From Camelus dromedarius (Eukaryota): a stretch of DNA of 64,000 bases. How positions within the stretch are numbered: the stretch's first letter is position 1; the number at the start of each line of letters is the position of its first letter. Both the position numbers and the translations under genes were made by a program. Under the pieces are notes generated by a model that was not told the DNA's origin, searched no databases, and worked only from the letters and a program-made list of their open reading frames with translations. The stretch covers positions 56,918,001-56,982,000 of the forward strand of contig NC_087437.1 in NCBI RefSeq assembly GCF_036321535.1. Reading direction: 5' to 3'. Of the stretch, positions 61,201 to 64,000 are shown piece after piece.

Positions 61201-64000
61201 GTGTTCCACTGAATTCACTTGAGAAAATTGTGAACCGGACCTGTCTGCCCCTTTTCCTTCTCTGCTGTGGCCTGCAGCTGGACTGCGTGATGCCAGATCC
61301 GCTGCTGAGTTTGTCCATACCTTTGCCACCGTGGCAGGACTTTTCAGTATAAACATAGCTGACTTTTAACTGATAGTTATTTTTCTTTAATCCTGTCAAA
61401 TATTCTCTGAATTCTGTCTTGTGCCAGGTTGCTCTTTGGAAACACCTGGAACCATAGGGTGCATTCAGTTTACCATGTAAGTGGTTTACATTTTAGGGCC
61501 TTGATTTTTAATGAGTGTTTGTCTTTGTGTGAAGTTCACTTTGGGGAGTACCAAGACTATTCATTTCTTCAATGACAGTTTTCTTGAAGGATAACCGGAG
61601 TGACTGGCTGTAACGTCTCAGCCTAATAAAGGGGAGATGCCTGTGTAAGCAGTTTTCTGAAGGACTGAGAACAAAGAAACTTGCACTCAACGGCTTTTTT
61701 TCCCCGTGGGGAAAGCGCTGTTTGGGCAGCGTTAATACAGAAAGGCAGGACTTCGGGTGAACGTCACTGTTCCACAGTGCGCCACGTTCTGGTAACATCG
61801 GCTTTTTAGAAACAAGCGTTGAAAAAAAATCAAAACCTCCTCTTTCAGCAAAAAGAGAAAACCAGGCTTAAAGTGCTTGCCCGTTGCTTGCTGCTCAGAG
61901 TCAGAGAAGCGATCAGATAAAATGGTCCCATTTTTTCCTTCTATCTGGTGGTGCCTGGGAGTCTTAAAGCCATAACTGCTTCTCTTCCTGTTGATAGAAT
62001 CCTTTTTCCTCCCTAGTCCATCATAGGTCATCCGGGCAGGGGGCGCAGACTGGAGATGGTCCTAGTCTTTCTGCATGGAGCACAGTGTCGCCCACATTCT
62101 CCTGGAAGAATCTCTTTTCCACCTGATGATAGACGTGATTGTCAACGCGAGGAGTTGAGGCTGTTGTTGCTCATGCTGTTGGACTCTGGCTAGAAATGCT
62201 GAACTTCTGGAGAAGTCAAGGAAGGGGTAAAGTAGGAAACAGCCACTTCTACAGAGTCACTTTTCTCAGGAGACCTGCACTTCTTGCCAGCAATGTCTGT
62301 GAGGAGCAGTGTTGCCTTAAATTAGTTTGATTCTGACCAAGGTCAGGGTACTGTATTTCTGTGTGTGAATGAATGACTGCCAGCTCTCCACTGAGGTGCC
62401 AGATTCACAGGTGAGCCCCAAACATCCTGTCCTCAGTAGCTGTGGACGTCCTCCCCCTGAGCTGGGGGCGACATGCACACTGCTAGGTACATCATTTCAT
62501 TTCAAGTGGCCTCTCTAATGAATGAGCAGTGATCATAAAGGCTGGTGGTAGGAGAGAGATCTTCCCGCCCAGGCCCTCCAGGTGATCACTTCCTGACTGG
62601 TGGAGAGCTGGCTGTCCTCCTTTTCTGCAGGACTGTGTAGAAGATATTTCCAAAGGTTCTGTCACGCAGTGAAGTCACTCATTACTGTTTTGTAAGAATT
62701 TCACCAACACTCTTGTGTATTGAAATGCATACATTAACAAAAAAGAAAAAGGAGAAAACCAAACAAAACAGAGACGTTTGCTCCAATGGGAGATTTGTTG
62801 ATGTGAAGAGTGTTTCTATTTTATTACTTTTAAGAGAACATCCACCAGGAAAACTTTTGCTACGGGAAGGAAGATACCAGAGTGTTTTTTAAGGTTGTAT
62901 TTGATGCCACAAACTAACACAATCAGCTAAGAAATCATGTTGATTTCTGGAAATACCTGGTCCCAAAAACCATTCTCTTTGCCCTTAAATCTTTGTGAAC
63001 ACTGCCTAGAAATATGTTCCTAATAGACTTAAATGTTTGTGTGTATTCTTAGCAAACTAGAAAATGTTCTTCTCTTTTTGAGTAAATTTTCATAGTATAG
63101 GGAGCCAGCACTGTGCTGGTTTCAGCATTTCAGATAAGGACAGAATTGTGTAGCTTAGTGCCCCATGATTCATTGCTGAGGTTCCGATAGAAAGAATGGA
63201 GGAATTGAAAGGCAGGGTTTGAGCGACATTTCCTTCACAAAAGAGCAAGGATTAAAGAACAGCAAAGAGCAGATGGTTGAGAGAATATACTGTTGCCCAG
63301 CATATACTGAGGATATGTCTCTGTCGCACTGAGTTTCAGACTCTAATTGCTAAAATGGTTTCTAGCTGTTAAATTTTCAGAATTTTTTAAATTTCTTACT
63401 GAATCAGCCTCTGAGATTCTCATAGGCTGTAACTTCAGCTTTTCCAATGAACTGAAAGCCGAACGCCCTTTCTCAGATACGGCTGTATTGTTCGCCTGCC
63501 TCTTAAAGGCAACTGCCTGGTATTTAGTCCATAAAGTACTATGGGAAGGTAGGATAGAAAAATGACATTCCAGAGCGAGAATTCTCTGTAATGCGGTTTT
63601 CCTTAAGAAGAACCCATCCCAGCACGCTATTGTATTTTGAAAATGTGCTGAATTACAAAGTACAAGAGTTTGCTCATGGAAATCGAGTTGCTCAGGAAAT
63701 TTGAGGTGGTGCTGACATTCGTCTTACAATTAGGAAAAGTACCGCCTTTGGAGAGATCCTACACGGTGCCCAGGTGGTTTTGGACCCTTTGGTCAGAACT
63801 CCTTTGACATTTGGAATGTAGATGTTTAAATAAATACAAGTGAGATGTTATCCCAGCTGCTCATCAGCTTGTAGCTGAGCCCCAAGGGAAAGGCAGCTTT
63901 GATCCAGTTACTTCATGGACCTGAGCAGAACCTTAATGGAACAGAGTTGCCCGGCTGAGGACAGAAAACAGAGGCCACCTCAAGCCACATGCCTGTGAAG
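58207..64000 (+). other. CCDC50: Probable long CCDC50 3' UTR (3' end not defined; may extend beyond the window)
   Basis: Follows the stop codon; few recognisable repeats, U-rich tracts; AATAAA at 58583, 61625 and 63829. Human CCDC50 has a multi-kb 3' UTR (recalled). Confidence 0.65.

Noticed and set aside
481..63565. The many 60-200 aa ORFs in the six-frame track
   Set aside because: Apart from those overlapping CCDC50 exons or L1 remnants, they show no recognisable homology; many use non-ATG starts or run through microsatellites. Expected by chance in intronic DNA.
1..64000. tRNA, rRNA, snoRNA, snRNA genes or processed pseudogenes
   Set aside because: None recognised by eye; a covariance-model search (Infernal/Rfam) and BLASTX would be needed to exclude them.

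Overview
Eutherian mammal genomic DNA (AT-rich, rich in MIR/L2/L1/MER repeats, no Alu or other young SINE recognised; one L1 3' end suggests a cetartiodactyl, possibly a camelid). The window is almost entirely one + strand gene, CCDC50 (Ymer; ubiquitin-binding adaptor / selective autophagy receptor; DFNA44 deafness gene in human). Coding exons 2-12 were reconstructed by hand. All have GT-AG boundaries and consistent phases, and total 1400 nt. With a 49-nt coding exon 1 lying upstream of the window (size taken from the human gene) they give a 482-aa long isoform, or 306 aa if the 528-nt exon 6 is skipped. About 25.5 kb of intron 1 precedes exon 2, and a long 3' UTR probably runs past the window end. 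Nearly all ORFs in the supplied track are chance ORFs or repeat remnants. I found no convincing novel multi-gene system. The best leads are an internal MIU-like helical repeat with a shared intron position (possible ancient duplication), an in-frame internal donor in exon 6, candidate poison micro-exons, a candidate 3'-UTR intron and a convergent CTCF motif pair. Repeat family names and comparisons to human are from memory, not from a database search.
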